A stretch of 64,000 nucleotides of DNA from IMG/VR virus record IMGVR_UViG_3300003690_000003, positions 96,001-160,000 of that record; one strand, given 5' to 3'. This document shows positions 10,801 to 22,400 of the stretch, piece by piece. The stretch comes from a virus. The notes beneath the pieces were generated by a model. It searched no databases, had not been told where the DNA came from, and was given only the letters and a program-made list of their open reading frames with translations. A program made the position numbers and the translations under genes. Position 1 is the first letter of the stretch; each line of letters starts with the position of its first letter.

Positions 10801-11381
10801 GGATATCCAATGTATATCCACAACGGCAGGAGGTTAGCCCATGGTTTCACTAGCAAATCAGTTATTCCACCCACAATGTCATTTTCTAAGACAGCAGCTA
10901 GAGCGCCTGCCATGTCGCCAATTCCAACCTCTCCTACTTCTTCTATGGGCCATTCTAAATCAGGTATCGTGGAGTCCGGTGTCAAAGGGTGAATGGTCGT
11001 CGCCAGCGCCGGTGTACGTCCTATTGAAAAAGCTATTTTATTTGTATTAATGTTATTAGGGGTATTTAAAATTTCAAGATCATCTGGTTCAAGACTGCCG
11101 TGATATTGGGTCTGATTCAAATAACCAAAGTCTGCATAGGTATTTGGACCGTCGCCGTCTTTAAAAGACCAATATCGCCCCATCGCGCCACGAAAAAAAT
11201 CTTGTTCTGTATAGTCCGGGCCTCGCGCGCGATCATTAGCACTCATATATGTCGTTCTTAGGCATGCATGATTTAAAGCAAACTTAGGGGATGTAATATC
11301 ATCCCACCTAATTGTACTTGTCCTTTCAAGTTTTGACACCCCGACCAAGCTTCTATCAACTAAAAGGTTTCGTTTACCCAT
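7806..11381 (-). CDS. Large putative virion protein (1191 aa) with FN3-like C-terminal segments
   Basis: Long ORF in the structural module; FN3-like motifs VHYGVRYKYIIYAY and IEPNTKYYYTFRCIDYHGGLSIPS. Confidence 0.5.
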   Translation of the reverse strand: MGKRNLLVDRSLVGVSKLERTSTIRWDDITSPKFALNHACLRTTYMSANDRARGPDYTEQDFFRGAMGRYWSFKDGDGPNTYADFGYLNQTQYHGSLEPDDLEILNTPNNINTNKIAFSIGRTPALATTIHPLTPDSTIPDLEWPIEEVGEVGIGDMAGALAAVLENDIVGGITDLLVKPWANLLPLWIYIGYPTSLGDASMSIPLAYHHTTGTGGGTGAGGLPPNGTREMNNLTRKKYLVVNSLNEVWVLASEEVPPNFADDDTNSITEPWSLTRAPLQGAKWDLFWGLHRRPAPPTLSPSPWIDNDDLTEYPGFLHQYVGNYNGFFKDHAYKFYTPYGANHPIHTTGAPTTVKVAKIEPKYNYFSKHYEIATSASNIDERLLPNSYMIYNYIDYKSAAAAKRFGGGDRIGDGVRRVLKRQSTLYNKFGMPSSRDQIAQLGYDSPKRSYLQKYSAELKAHGAPSGTKWLRYLNTHIGFSKDMMESDFVRYQDREDFPYGVAIEFDTIMTGLDVNTELIESLEGIPGATDFITNNLVLMNLNNWDAGATGGEGFNTYNESIDFSNQITEFIPEDQDPDTPGMQLGTVPTHTYYGFDWVDGGGALAPFMTWGGVPESESGLRPHRDRGLYNLRCLDVGRMLDYANLSRKVPRFPALSTEDSLLPNNEAPTTAATTPCALVGQIKYRGIARGRGILVGPKGMRQSTGTASEVGSYDSDRSSPKIVYDGADYKTVATPAAFQSILQAFENIIRKKSRSYLEMINGKLAYSETLAFKVCKHKVTGVDPNTGKALYDINNPLQTFYFPNVMALDKIKYFDTQVHYGVRYKYIIYAYNFVIGNQYCYENIELPGSPAVWPSGYNYTEVSHFGNIYAKSFYAHQFISAKIIETPYYEFDTVQVRDLPPVFPEIETVPFKGVNNRVRFLMQTQNVKYVFTPEKFMINEMEDRPRYDVQREYQQRPAVVNVDTGKVTGPPIIFGSDDTDITFEIYRMTEKPMSYADFAPHLHATMPGVLPSGRRATSMSFDDVIEPNTKYYYTFRCIDYHGGLSIPSPIYHLEIVDDNGRMFPIVNVFYISNHIDDSVVIKGVKKPFRKYLHIGAAFAQKLISADAGSPFETAALNPAALTGLQGLLGSSTHIGSEDGVWSPRLDGLGEYHASTNKKVFKVRIISKNTGKKLDLNVRLEEVPIINPEEQS

Positions 11382-11432
11382 TTGATTTTCCTATAGTATA
11401 TAGATTTTTCTTGATATTTTTAAACATATTGA

Positions 11433-14400
11433 TTAGTAATCTTGTCCATTATCGTTCTGCTCAAAAACGCGTGTAGGAATCGTAATCCCTGTTTGGTTTT
11501 CATATATAGTAATAACATTTCGTCTTCGAGGCATCGTGTGCCAACCAAACCATAGTTGCTTAAGAGTTCTAACCCCGCGGTCTCGATCACTATTAGCACT
11601 TCGTGGCGGGGGCCACGCTATAGGTCGATGTGAACCAGCTTGCCAACGTCGTTTGCCGTTGGGCAAGAGTTCCTTATACCACCTATAAAAAGCTATATAA
11701 ACCTGCACTCGTTCAGGCCCAGTAAGTGATGGCGGTGGGCCCGGTGTGGTCGGTGCTTGTTGTTGCGCGGCCGCATAACCAGTAGTAGTAGTGGTCATGG
11801 TAGCCGCGGCAGTTGTAGTGGCAGCCGCGGCAGCTGCTACACGGGTGGCTTCGGCTGCGGCAGCAGCGGCTGCTGCGGCGGCTGCTTGTTGGGCCTGGGC
11901 TGCGGCTGCCGCGGTGGCGCGAGCTGCTGCAGCCTGCTGTGCAGCATATGCAACAGCAGCCGTGGGGTTGGTTCCAACTCTTGTGTCTGTGTCGTATGAG
12001 TTAGCAAACTCGATAGAATCAGAAAATGAATCAATATTTGCAGCAATATTGGATGGGACCCCATATGTTATTGCTACGGCCTGAGTGGGACTTGGATTGG
12101 GTAACTCCAGAACTGCGCCTTCGCCTCCAATCACAAATAGCTCATTATAAATAGGCATCTTTAAGCCATCAAAATTAGCCAAATGTGTTTTGTGTCTTTT
12201 AAGGCGACACATTAAAGATCTATTACCGGTATCTGCGGCTTGTACAACTGATAGAGTAAGCGGATACCAAACCGGTGCCGTAACAATCGATCCCACCCCA
12301 CCGAGCATATAAGCATGCATATATTCTACTATATATACAAATCCATATCGAGCTGCTATCAATGCGGTATTACCCGGATCAATATTTCCGTCAGATACTT
12401 CATTAATAAATGCCATTTCAGAAGGCGCCGGAGGCGGTAAAGGAGTTGTGGCTGGATTAGCAAACGCGGGAGAACTGAGGGCTGGTGAACTAGCCAAACT
12501 AGCCGCCATATTTCCTTGCTCAACCTGGGCCTGAACTTGAGGGAGGCCAGCGCCTCCTACAAAAAAGTTCCCTGCGCTCAGCGTTGTTAGGGCGGGGACT
12601 ATTGGATTGGGCTTTCCATTAAAAAAGTCCCCTTGAGTCAAATAGTTAGAAATCTGAGAAACATTAGCGACGAGTTGAGTTGCCAAATTTGAGGTGCTAC
12701 CACCAGCACCAGGCTGTAAAAGATTTATTGCTGCACTACCACTCAAAGCTTCGGCAGCAGCTTCGCGTTCAGGTTCGGTAATAAACTCTGAGTTTAATGA
12801 AAAAAGGTTGCTGACATCAAGGCCTTTCTCAGCATTAGCGCTCAGGTCCTCCGTGGTTGCAGGGGTGTTAAAAACGTTTTTTATAGGATTTTGTGGAGTA
12901 TTTTGAAATACCGTTGCGACACAGTTATTAAAATGCATTATTCCATTTTGATTTTGAATTAGCCTTGTATTCGTATGTTGCAACGCCGGATTAGTTGCTT
13001 TAAGTCCCGGCGTACTAGCAAAAGTAATAGGAGAGTTTTTATTTATATTGGCCGAAAGAATCTCGTAAAACGCTTCCTCTATGGCATTTTTAGTTGTATT
13101 ATTATCTGAGAAAATGTCCAAAGGCTTCCGACCCGGTATTCTTAAAAAGTTAGGAGTTAAAAATATTGCGCCCTGTTGGGTGACCCCATCATTTTTTCCT
13201 GTCTCGTTGGCGACTAACCGGCCCCATTGATCAAAAGTAAGTCGCTTAATGGTCCCGCCGACCGCGGCGTCGGTAGTCGAACCTACACTTAAAAGTCTCT
13301 TTGTGTTCAAAAAATCCAATCCATAAGGACGCAAAGCATCAGTGTCTATCGATTCCAAAAAGAACTGTCTAATGGTAAATATTTTTTTGCCCCCGGTCGT
13401 GGGTGCGGCGGGCGCCTGGGTCATGCTAGTTGTAGATCCTTTAGTTACTCCTATAGCACTCCTCAACGAAGAAGAAAAATCCCTGAGAAGCCTTATTAAA
13501 AATTCTATACCAGATGGTCCCGTAATCAAGGGGTTCACCGCAATAAATAAATTCATCTGTTCTTGAAGCGTTTGAGGACCAAAAAAGAAACCCATGGCAG
13601 TCAAATATTTGTTAACCGCTATAGACCACGGAGCTCCCACTACGATGGTAATAACTCCGCCTCCGAACTGTCGAGCTCGAATGTTTGCATCACGCGCAAG
13701 AGTTTGGCTGACTAACTCTTGACCCTCAGTTCCTGTAATGACGCCCATGCCGCCAATGGCTGGCTGGCCTCCAAAATCTATAATATTCTGAAGGGCGGCG
13801 CTGTACTGTTGAATAGCACCCTGGGCTACGGCTGCTGTTGTAGTTAAACTTTGTTCAATGGGCCCCATGTCAGAAACTGCACCATAGTCTACATCTCGCG
13901 GGGCACCGGTGGCGGGGTCAATATATTCAAGTGCCTCGCCGCTTTTAATTTTTTCTATAAACAAGGGTGTATAGCGATTAGTCGTAATATTATAGTTACC
14001 AGAAAGTAAAGAGGTGCTCAGAAATCTTTCTAGCTGAACGATTAATAAATCGATGCCCGGGTCAGCAGGATCTGGCTTGGTTAAAATCTGTAAAATTTTA
14101 TCTCTTGACTTATCTTCTATGGTTATCTCAACCCCATATTCATATAATCCAGTTGTAATATCTTTAATACTATTATCGCGGATCTGATATTGCATGACTC
14201 CAGTTGAGGTGTTATAATCCATTCGTTGTGGTTCGCCCACTACTTCTACTCTTTTATCAAACAAACGCAAGGGCGAATCCCCACCGGTTAATTTATTAAA
14301 TACATTAGGCTTATTAACTCTGCGCCTTATAACCCTTATTGATTCCATATTACAACTTGTTAACTTATCATTAACATTATTATATAAAGCTTCATATTTG

Positions 14401-15392
14401 GCGCCATTTACTACAGCTTCTAAATAATCAAAACCGAAATAAAGAGACAAATCATTATTTTCATTTTTCGAAAAATATAAAGGCGAAAGATAAGATGGTT
14501 TTTGTTTTCTAACTTTTTCTAAAGTTTTTAATCTATCGCGAACGGCCTTATTGGCGGTTGTCAAACCACTCAACTTATTAAAATCAAATGAATGTCTTTC
14601 TACTCTCGCAAGATTTCGCTGATCAACTATCTTAGAGTTAATAGTTTTCTGGACTCGGAGAAGATTTCCGGACTCTGAGCCGCCAGAGCCATCTCCAGTG
14701 CGCCAGCGCGCTCCCTGATCTTGGTGAACGTCGCCCACCCATAGGCTCAGGCTTGGATCATCAGAGGAAACACTTGCTGGATAAAACAGATTAGTTTCTA
14801 AGTTGACTATTGAGTTTTTAATGACCAGTTCAGAAACAGTTTTGCCAAATAAAACATCCGCTGGATCAATAACGCTGGTATCATTATCTTCATTTGTATC
14901 AACTATGGGTACCGCAAAAATACTTAAGTACGGAGGAGCGGCGCCGGGTACCTCAAATGATTTTCTAAAAAGCAAATCCGTACCGTACAGATCTCCATAC
15001 TGCTGCGCCTGTGTTGTAGAAAGGCCCGCACTTAGAGCAACGTCCCCTAAAACCGCTTCCTGAAGAGGATAAACTCCCCGCGAAACTTTACCGTTGTCCT
15101 GATTTGAGTTTAGAAAATCTTTAAGTTTCGTACGGTCAGCATATATCGATATTGCCAAAGCATCGTCACTAGTGACAACAACTAAAACATTTAACTTATT
15201 AAAAAATGACTCGCGAGTTCCTATTATAGAAGAATTGCTAGCAGCCGTAGTAAAATACTGCTTTAACACAAACTCCACATCTATCTTGAGCTTGTCGCCT
15301 CGATTATACAATGTAATATTTTTGATATAAACCGGAAATGTGTCTGGATCTTGACCGATAATGCTAAGACTATGTTCTGGGATATGTGCCAT
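11433..15392 (-). CDS. Large putative virion protein (1319 aa) with Ala/Thr/Pro low-complexity linker
   Basis: Long ORF, translationally coupled to the upstream gene (TAATG overlap at 15392); no catalytic motif recognised. Confidence 0.5.
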   Translation of the reverse strand: MAHIPEHSLSIIGQDPDTFPVYIKNITLYNRGDKLKIDVEFVLKQYFTTAASNSSIIGTRESFFNKLNVLVVVTSDDALAISIYADRTKLKDFLNSNQDNGKVSRGVYPLQEAVLGDVALSAGLSTTQAQQYGDLYGTDLLFRKSFEVPGAAPPYLSIFAVPIVDTNEDNDTSVIDPADVLFGKTVSELVIKNSIVNLETNLFYPASVSSDDPSLSLWVGDVHQDQGARWRTGDGSGGSESGNLLRVQKTINSKIVDQRNLARVERHSFDFNKLSGLTTANKAVRDRLKTLEKVRKQKPSYLSPLYFSKNENNDLSLYFGFDYLEAVVNGAKYEALYNNVNDKLTSCNMESIRVIRRRVNKPNVFNKLTGGDSPLRLFDKRVEVVGEPQRMDYNTSTGVMQYQIRDNSIKDITTGLYEYGVEITIEDKSRDKILQILTKPDPADPGIDLLIVQLERFLSTSLLSGNYNITTNRYTPLFIEKIKSGEALEYIDPATGAPRDVDYGAVSDMGPIEQSLTTTAAVAQGAIQQYSAALQNIIDFGGQPAIGGMGVITGTEGQELVSQTLARDANIRARQFGGGVITIVVGAPWSIAVNKYLTAMGFFFGPQTLQEQMNLFIAVNPLITGPSGIEFLIRLLRDFSSSLRSAIGVTKGSTTSMTQAPAAPTTGGKKIFTIRQFFLESIDTDALRPYGLDFLNTKRLLSVGSTTDAAVGGTIKRLTFDQWGRLVANETGKNDGVTQQGAIFLTPNFLRIPGRKPLDIFSDNNTTKNAIEEAFYEILSANINKNSPITFASTPGLKATNPALQHTNTRLIQNQNGIMHFNNCVATVFQNTPQNPIKNVFNTPATTEDLSANAEKGLDVSNLFSLNSEFITEPEREAAAEALSGSAAINLLQPGAGGSTSNLATQLVANVSQISNYLTQGDFFNGKPNPIVPALTTLSAGNFFVGGAGLPQVQAQVEQGNMAASLASSPALSSPAFANPATTPLPPPAPSEMAFINEVSDGNIDPGNTALIAARYGFVYIVEYMHAYMLGGVGSIVTAPVWYPLTLSVVQAADTGNRSLMCRLKRHKTHLANFDGLKMPIYNELFVIGGEGAVLELPNPSPTQAVAITYGVPSNIAANIDSFSDSIEFANSYDTDTRVGTNPTAAVAYAAQQAAAARATAAAAAQAQQAAAAAAAAAAAEATRVAAAAAATTTAAATMTTTTTGYAAAQQQAPTTPGPPPSLTGPERVQVYIAFYRWYKELLPNGKRRWQAGSHRPIAWPPPRSANSDRDRGVRTLKQLWFGWHTMPRRRNVITIYENQTGITIPTRVFEQNDNGQDY
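11750..11965. repeat. GC-rich low-complexity coding tract (poly-Ala/Thr)
   Basis: Degenerate GCN/NGC triplet runs encoding AAAQAQQAAAAAAAAAAAEATRVAAAAAATTTAAATMTTTTT. Confidence 0.85.
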
Positions 15393-16429
15393 TATTCACA
15401 GATATCCTCTTCTGGTGCATAAAGATCGCGAATGAAATACTCTCTGGTACTTATAACACTAGATCCGGGAGCTGTTCCAAGCGCCGAGAAGTCTTCTATA
15501 TTTGCCTGTCGCAACAAGTCATTACTTATTTCATTATCGACTTCTAGCGTTAAATAATATGGCACTTCTGTATTTGTATGAATAGCCGCCGAATCATCAT
15601 TAAATTTCAAGGGCAATAAGTTGCCAAACAAGGTGCTACTAGATAAATAAACTTCAATATCAAAGTTCTCTTTATTAAAATCTACGTTCTTTTCAGTTAT
15701 TTGAATAATCAAATCTTCTGGGCTAATAACTACATAGGTTCCATCTGGTTTAATAGTTGTCGTTATCGCTTGAATATTGTGTACATTGTGTTGTTGGGTC
15801 AGCGCTTCGTCTGTATATTCAGGACTATCCGCGAGGGCTGGGGACCAATCTTCTATCGCTGCAGCATACGTTCTATATTTGATAGCAATATCAATTTGAG
15901 GAATCTTTTCTATTCCGGCGGAGCTCGTATAAAAAGAAAGTGATGACGAGATCTCGCCGTGGCGCGCCGTTACTGCCCATGCTGGCTGTTTGTTAGAGTT
16001 GAGCCTCGATCTTCCTAATGGTTTTGTAAAAAAATCAATCCTATCTTGAACATATTGTAGTTCTTGGCGATTATAGATTGCACCTGGATCCATGAATAAA
16101 GGATCGTCAAGAAGGGTGCGGTCTTCTTTAAATATGGCACGAATAATCGCTGCGCTAGCACTTTGAGCCGTCTGGATACCAGTAAATACATTTAAGGTTT
16201 TAGTGGAGGGAGTATCATCTTGAATCCTTGGCTCTATACTATTTTGGCCTTCAGTTACAGTAACTTGTGTACTAGTATTATCCCCCCCCGTAAACGCAGA
16301 GTTGTATATTATACCTTCATCAAAAAAAGCATAATAAGCCGGCTTAAAAACGCCCTTGGAAAGCTTATATCTTCCATATGGGGTTAGCTTTACTTCTAAA
16401 ACTTCTTGCTTTTTATTAAAAAACTCCAT
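15392..16429 (-). CDS. Virion structural protein, tail-collar-like N-terminus
   Basis: KLTPYGRYKLSKG...YYAFFDEGIIY parallels VLTDTGRMRLAKG...KFALADDEINY of the 7755 gene. Confidence 0.55.
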   Translation of the reverse strand: MEFFNKKQEVLEVKLTPYGRYKLSKGVFKPAYYAFFDEGIIYNSAFTGGDNTSTQVTVTEGQNSIEPRIQDDTPSTKTLNVFTGIQTAQSASAAIIRAIFKEDRTLLDDPLFMDPGAIYNRQELQYVQDRIDFFTKPLGRSRLNSNKQPAWAVTARHGEISSSLSFYTSSAGIEKIPQIDIAIKYRTYAAAIEDWSPALADSPEYTDEALTQQHNVHNIQAITTTIKPDGTYVVISPEDLIIQITEKNVDFNKENFDIEVYLSSSTLFGNLLPLKFNDDSAAIHTNTEVPYYLTLEVDNEISNDLLRQANIEDFSALGTAPGSSVISTREYFIRDLYAPEEDICE

Positions 16430-16438
16430 TAATCTTTC

Positions 16439-19400
16439 TTACCCTAGAAGGTTCAAGGCTCCTTGTGCTGCGTCGGCGGCAGCCTGATCAGCCAGGTCCT
16501 GCGCCGCTTCGACATCCTCAACCGATTCGCTGGAGGCATACTGTATTCCCATATCCATCTTAACTAGCTCCACAAGAGAGAAATAATCGTATGGCCAGTT
16601 GTAAGTATAAGGAGAATCAATGCTATTTGGAACTGTTGATAAATCATCAGTAAGCCCCGTTGCTTTATATTTGTTATAGTTACTCTTCGCTCTTCGTTTT
16701 ACCTTAAATACCATCCAACGCATGTGCTCGCTAATCTGTCTCTGGTCACTATCGAAAAAGTCTTCTGCCAATAAGGAATGTTGGATTGTTGCCTCTCTAG
16801 CTTGTAGTGATTCTCCGCTAGTCTCAGGAGGTAAGTTTTGCCATATATCGGCTAAATCTTGTTGGGAAAACTTCTTTGTAAACTCAAAAACAAACATCAC
16901 AAACGGATCGATTGTTTCTCGGCCCGTTTCGGTTGTTACAAAATCAAATTTTGGAGGGAACACATAGTCTTTCAAAGCTTTACAAATCTTTAGGACGTCA
17001 GGTTTCACTTGGACTTGAGTTTGCTGACCGGCAAGAATACGAATGGCGCCGTTTCTTTGGTGCTTGCTGAATCTATAGAACTTTCTGCGGCCGTCGAGGG
17101 CAATAGTAAATGGTACCGCTACGACCGCTTCGGATACCACTTTTGCATCGGTTATGGAGCCAATCCGCTTTACGACCGGAGAAAAACCAACTACATCTAG
17201 CAAAGATTGAACATTGTAATTTGCGTCGCCATTTGGTGAACTCTCGATGTGGCCTGGATCGGTTAAAGAGATAAAAATCCCCTCTCTCCCTTGACAGATG
17301 GCCCCCTTCTGATGCCACATCCCCTTGGTCGCTAAAAGGTCGCCGCTGTGAGCGGCCGCAGTCGGAGTGAGCGGCGTCGATGCTGACACGGCAGCAAAAT
17401 TCAACACTGGCGTCTCAAACTTAGTTTGTATAAGCCATCGTTTTGTCGCGGTGGTCGTGTTGGCTATAATAGCGGTTACCTCTCTTGTCAAATCCACACT
17501 TGCACTAATCTGCATCGCCGCAAAGCGTTGTTTGGCGTCAGGGTCGTTCAGAAAAATCGTATTTGTGCTCGCGTCAGGGCTTAAATATTCCCCAGACCTC
17601 TGGTAAGTTATCTCGCTATTAGAAAAAATATCAGCCAGCATAGGCTTCCCATCATATTGCGGTTTAAAAAGAATCGTTGCAACAGCCTCACCATCATAAT
17701 AGGGAGGCGTTACGTGAACCCACGAAGGAATGTTGGCCGTTCCTTCGAAGCTGGCAGACATCGGCCGTCCAAACCCGCTAGCACGATTATACATAGTAAA
17801 AATAGTCGTATCCGCAACTTGTTTAGAAAGTTGAGTTTGCGCTGGGCTGGCGGCGCCAATGATAGATTGTTGAGTGCGGTTCAAGCTCACTTTCATGCCA
17901 TAAACAGAACCAGATTTAACCTCTCTAAATTGATCTTCGCGGGAAGATTTAAATGATTTTAAACCAGTCTGGAAAAAGTCTACCGTCTCACAGACAAAAT
18001 TATCTATAGCCAGTTCATAATTTTTAAGGCCATCTCCTGGCCATCTAACAGCATTCATACAGTTTGCCAACGTCGGATTGGTGGGATTACTAGCTAGGTG
18101 ACCATAACTAGAAGAAATACTTCCCGAGCCCACTCCCCGATCAAATATATATCCTGCATTAAAGTTATCGTAGTTAGCAGCAGGGTTCGGGTCGTCGGCG
18201 GCGGGGACCTGAATGGGGGCGAGGATCCTAGTGCTCATATGCTGCACTGGATGTAGAAGCGCTTCAAAAGGAAGCTTGTGCATATAATAATAATATCCAG
18301 TTTCATCGACCAGGGTCGAGTAAGACGCCGAGGGGTTTAATGGAAGAAGACCTTTCCATCCATAGTATTCCCCAAAATCATCTGAACCGGCGCGAGGACA
18401 GTTCGCCCCGCCGATCTGTTTCGTCTGAGACCGAGCTGAGTATTGAACATCGCGGCCGACGGTATGGCCGAGATAATCTCTGATATAGCCATCCCAAATG
18501 CTCCGAAGGATATAGTTGGAAACGCCAATTCCTGATTTAATCGTATTATACAAGATTCCCGGGCCGGCTAAGGGCTCAACAAAGGCACGAAATGCTGCTT
18601 TCGTCTCCATAAAATCAGACGTTATCCGGCCTCCACCCCTCTTGGGGAGACGACTACCCCCGGCCCAATCTGGACTAGTAGCCTCGTCGTCATTACCGCA
18701 GGCAGCCGCAGTACACTTCATAAACGGTCCATATGAAGATGAAAGTCCCTTGTAAGGCAAGAACTTAACTAACCCGGAGCATCGCAAAGCTAGCTTGTCT
18801 TTCTTCATAATATCGCCATTGACAAGAGATTTGTTATCGTAAGTCTCATCGACTACACTAAAAAATCTCATAAAATCAGAGTTGGAATAAACCTTGAAAA
18901 AATTATTCTCGGAGCTATCAGCTATAGAGGAACCAGTTAAGTCTAAAAAGCTATTATTGGGGGCCCAAAAGTCTTCAGCCGCCGTATTCAGATAATAATC
19001 CATCTGTTCACTAATTCTAAACTCGGGAACTATAGAATAATCTTTACCAATAAGTCTCAAATTCTCACAATATTGATCATAAGTTAAATAAGGCTTTTTG
19101 CCGGCTTGTTCGGCAACCTGGTATTCGGCATCGCCTGGAAAGTTTGCTCTGGGGTTATTGGTATTAAAAGATGTGGGGGCTCCACCGTCACCGGCTGCGC
19201 CGGAGATACCAATCATACATCTTTGAGTGTACATACAACTGGCGGTAATATTTCCTTCACCCCACTGATCAAATCCAGAAAAACAATTTTGAAGAAGCCC
19301 AGAGCCACTAAGGGGATTCGAAGATAAGGTATCTTGAAAGTTTGTATCAGCTGTAGTGCCCGGGCTAGGATAGCCATGACCATCGAGAGGCCAAATACTG

Positions 19401-22400
19401 GCATTTAAGGCAGCGCCCGTAGGCGACATAGGAAGATCCACTTGACTACCGGCATATCCGCGTAGAGTGCGATTATTATTCCATATATTACTAATAGAAT
19501 AGTTTACTCTCCGACGATTTCTATTAAGACCGGCATTCTTAGCTGCGGGATAAACTGTTTGTTTGTAGTTTACAAGTACTTTGTCTATATTTTCGAAAGG
19601 AGAGTTCTCAGTATTTCCAGCGGTATCTTTAAGAAGAAGCTCATTTAGACGATTGAAATACAAATCTCCTCTCTTAGTGTCGAGTTTGAGATTATATCTA
19701 TTTGTGAGTTCAATGTTTGCAAAGTAATCTACTTTATTAGCAAATGAATGATTATAAATCAATGACTGATCGATAAACGTTACATTTCTATCATTATCGA
19801 CCACTCTATTGGTGGAAACAAGAGTGTGAGTCATTACTTTGTGCTGGCTCCCTATAGGAGGTTCTATATAACTAACAATCTCGTTGCCTTTAAGACCGCG
19901 GACGCCAGTGGCCCGGTTTACTATAGTCGGGAGTGTTCTTACAGTTAGGCGGTTGTTCTTTCTTTGTTCTCGCACTAATGGGTGTGAGTGTGGGCCCGCT
20001 TGGATTTGTCGGAATGTAGGCCAGCCATAAGGGCCGTTGCGGTGAAGCATGAGAGCGTTGAACATCTGCGCAGTGCCGGCGCCTTGGCCATAGGTGCCAG
20101 CAGCGGCTTCTCCAGTACCATCGTAAATAAACCCCTCAATATATCCAAAATCTTCAGCATTCCTATTGGCATATTGCGTCTCGATCGCATCGGACTGGGA
20201 CGGGTAAAATAGTTTTACGCGCTGCTGTCCATTAAGTGTAGATAAAATATCCGTGTTTAAAGGAAATCCTAAAGTATTTTGGGACGCAGTAAGCGGATCC
20301 TTAAGAACAGTATTCAGACCCGCAAAATTTGGTCCATAAAACGGATATCCGCCGGCAGCTACGGTCTTTCGTGTAGCGCCCCATCGGTACAGGGGGAACC
20401 ACAGCGGATATGCCCCACCGGCCGGGCCCCTGACCGTGCAGCCAAAATCACTTGCCGAAACAAACTGATCTTCTAGTTTGTAATGGAAAGGTCCATCATA
20501 TCTTGAACCGTCGATAGAAAGATCTGAAGCCACTGCTCCATTAACAGTACCATTGTGACCACCAATCTGATCGATTATCATCGTAGCCGAATCACCCCTT
20601 CCATCGCCCATGCGATACCAAGAGAGCAGACTGGCGGCCGCGCTGTGTTGTTTAAAATTCTTTGCTGTACCATTGTTATATGCCTCTTCGGCCTGGTTTG
20701 CTGATAGTTCAGTGTTCCAAATAGCCACTTCATCGATGTTGCCATCAAAGTAGCCGCCAGGGGCATCAAGTTCGACTCCTATGGTGCCGTTCTCGGTGGC
20801 GATGGCCGCGGGGTTATCCAGCTGGAAGCCGGCACTTGTAGTACGATCGACGCCGTCGAGATACAGTTTCATACCGCCGAGAGAGACCCCTGCAGGATCG
20901 CCCCCCTCAAAGGTTGCCACGACATGGTGCCACTGATTATCATTTAAGTACGCAGTACCCGTCTTAATACGCCCGTTGCTGTCGCTACCATCAATTTGGA
21001 ATCTAATCCCGTCGCTAGAGTTGGTATAAAGAGCACGACCATAAATACCAAAATGTATTAACTGCTGATAGCTGCTCCAGTCCGCGGAATTAAACCACAA
21101 AGAAATCGAAAATGGCTTAGCGCTGGTGCCGCTTCCGCCAATAAGACTGTTCCAGGTAACGGCTGTTCCAATATCAATATAATCATTTGTATCATCAAAA
21201 AACATCGATGAACTGTTCTGAAGATATGCATAGCTTGTTAGACCATCATATCCATAAACCTTCGCGGTAGGAAGGAGTGAACCTGTAATCCATGCATATT
21301 GTCTATCGCTCTGCGGGATTTGATGAGTTACGTAAGCATTGTCATAGGTGTTGGTTTGATAGGTCGGCCATGAAACTCCTCCGGCGGCGAGGGCTTCGAA
21401 GCGCTTAGGAGCATGGGCGTGCTGAAGCACCAAGTCAGTTGCTAGCGAAGCGCTTGCGGCACTACTGCCAATAAGGCCCATTTGATTATCAACGGAAGCG
21501 TTTGTATCGCCGGCGTAGGAGTTGAAACGATACCACGCTTGCAGACTCGTTGGAAGCGTCTCCTTGATATTAACAACAACTCCATTATTATATAAACTCT
21601 TCACTTCGGCTGCAGCCAGGACCTTTGACCAAACCGCAAAATTGCTAATATAAGCGTTGGTATTCGCGGTTCCGCTATCTCTACTCCCAATAGTTAGGCC
21701 TTTTATAATCTGGCCAGAAGTACTCGAATTAGCTACGGTATCATTATCATTGACCCCATTAAGATAAATTGTGGCAGTTTCATCGCCGCCGTTGTCGCTC
21801 CCCCCGTTATAGGTTATAACCACATGATACCACCGATTGGTGGTAAGTGCTGTAGCGTTCAGGACGGTGACGCCTGAACTGTTGTTGCCAAAAAACTTTA
21901 AGAGACCGGTCGAATAAATATTCATATATCTCTGTACACCAAATGCCCAAACCTTGCTGCTGCTCCCGGGGAGAGTCGGAAGCCGCAGCCACAGAGAAAC
22001 ACTAAATGGCAATGCAGCGTTGCCCAAGCCACCTACAAGAGATGTCCAATCACTGGCGATGCCGGCCTCTACATAGCTTGTAGAACCATTGAAATAGCCA
22101 GCCCCCACAGGCGCCTCTTTGATCACACGCTTCGGATTTCGGTTCATCTTATTCCATGAGGGGAGGTTGGAATAAGCAACCTGAGTCAAACCATACTTGC
22201 GGATCCCCGAAGCCGAGCTGCTGGCCGCAACGCCGACTTCCACGCCAAAGCGACCAGAATGTAAAGTAGACCGCTGGTTGAGTCCGCGCGCATAATCAAT
22301 CTGATCTACAACATGGATTGTACCGGATATGCTAGGATCGCCCGGAACCGAGCCGGTGCGTCCATAGTCTATAACTCCACGGTTGCGCCAAGGAAGTGCG

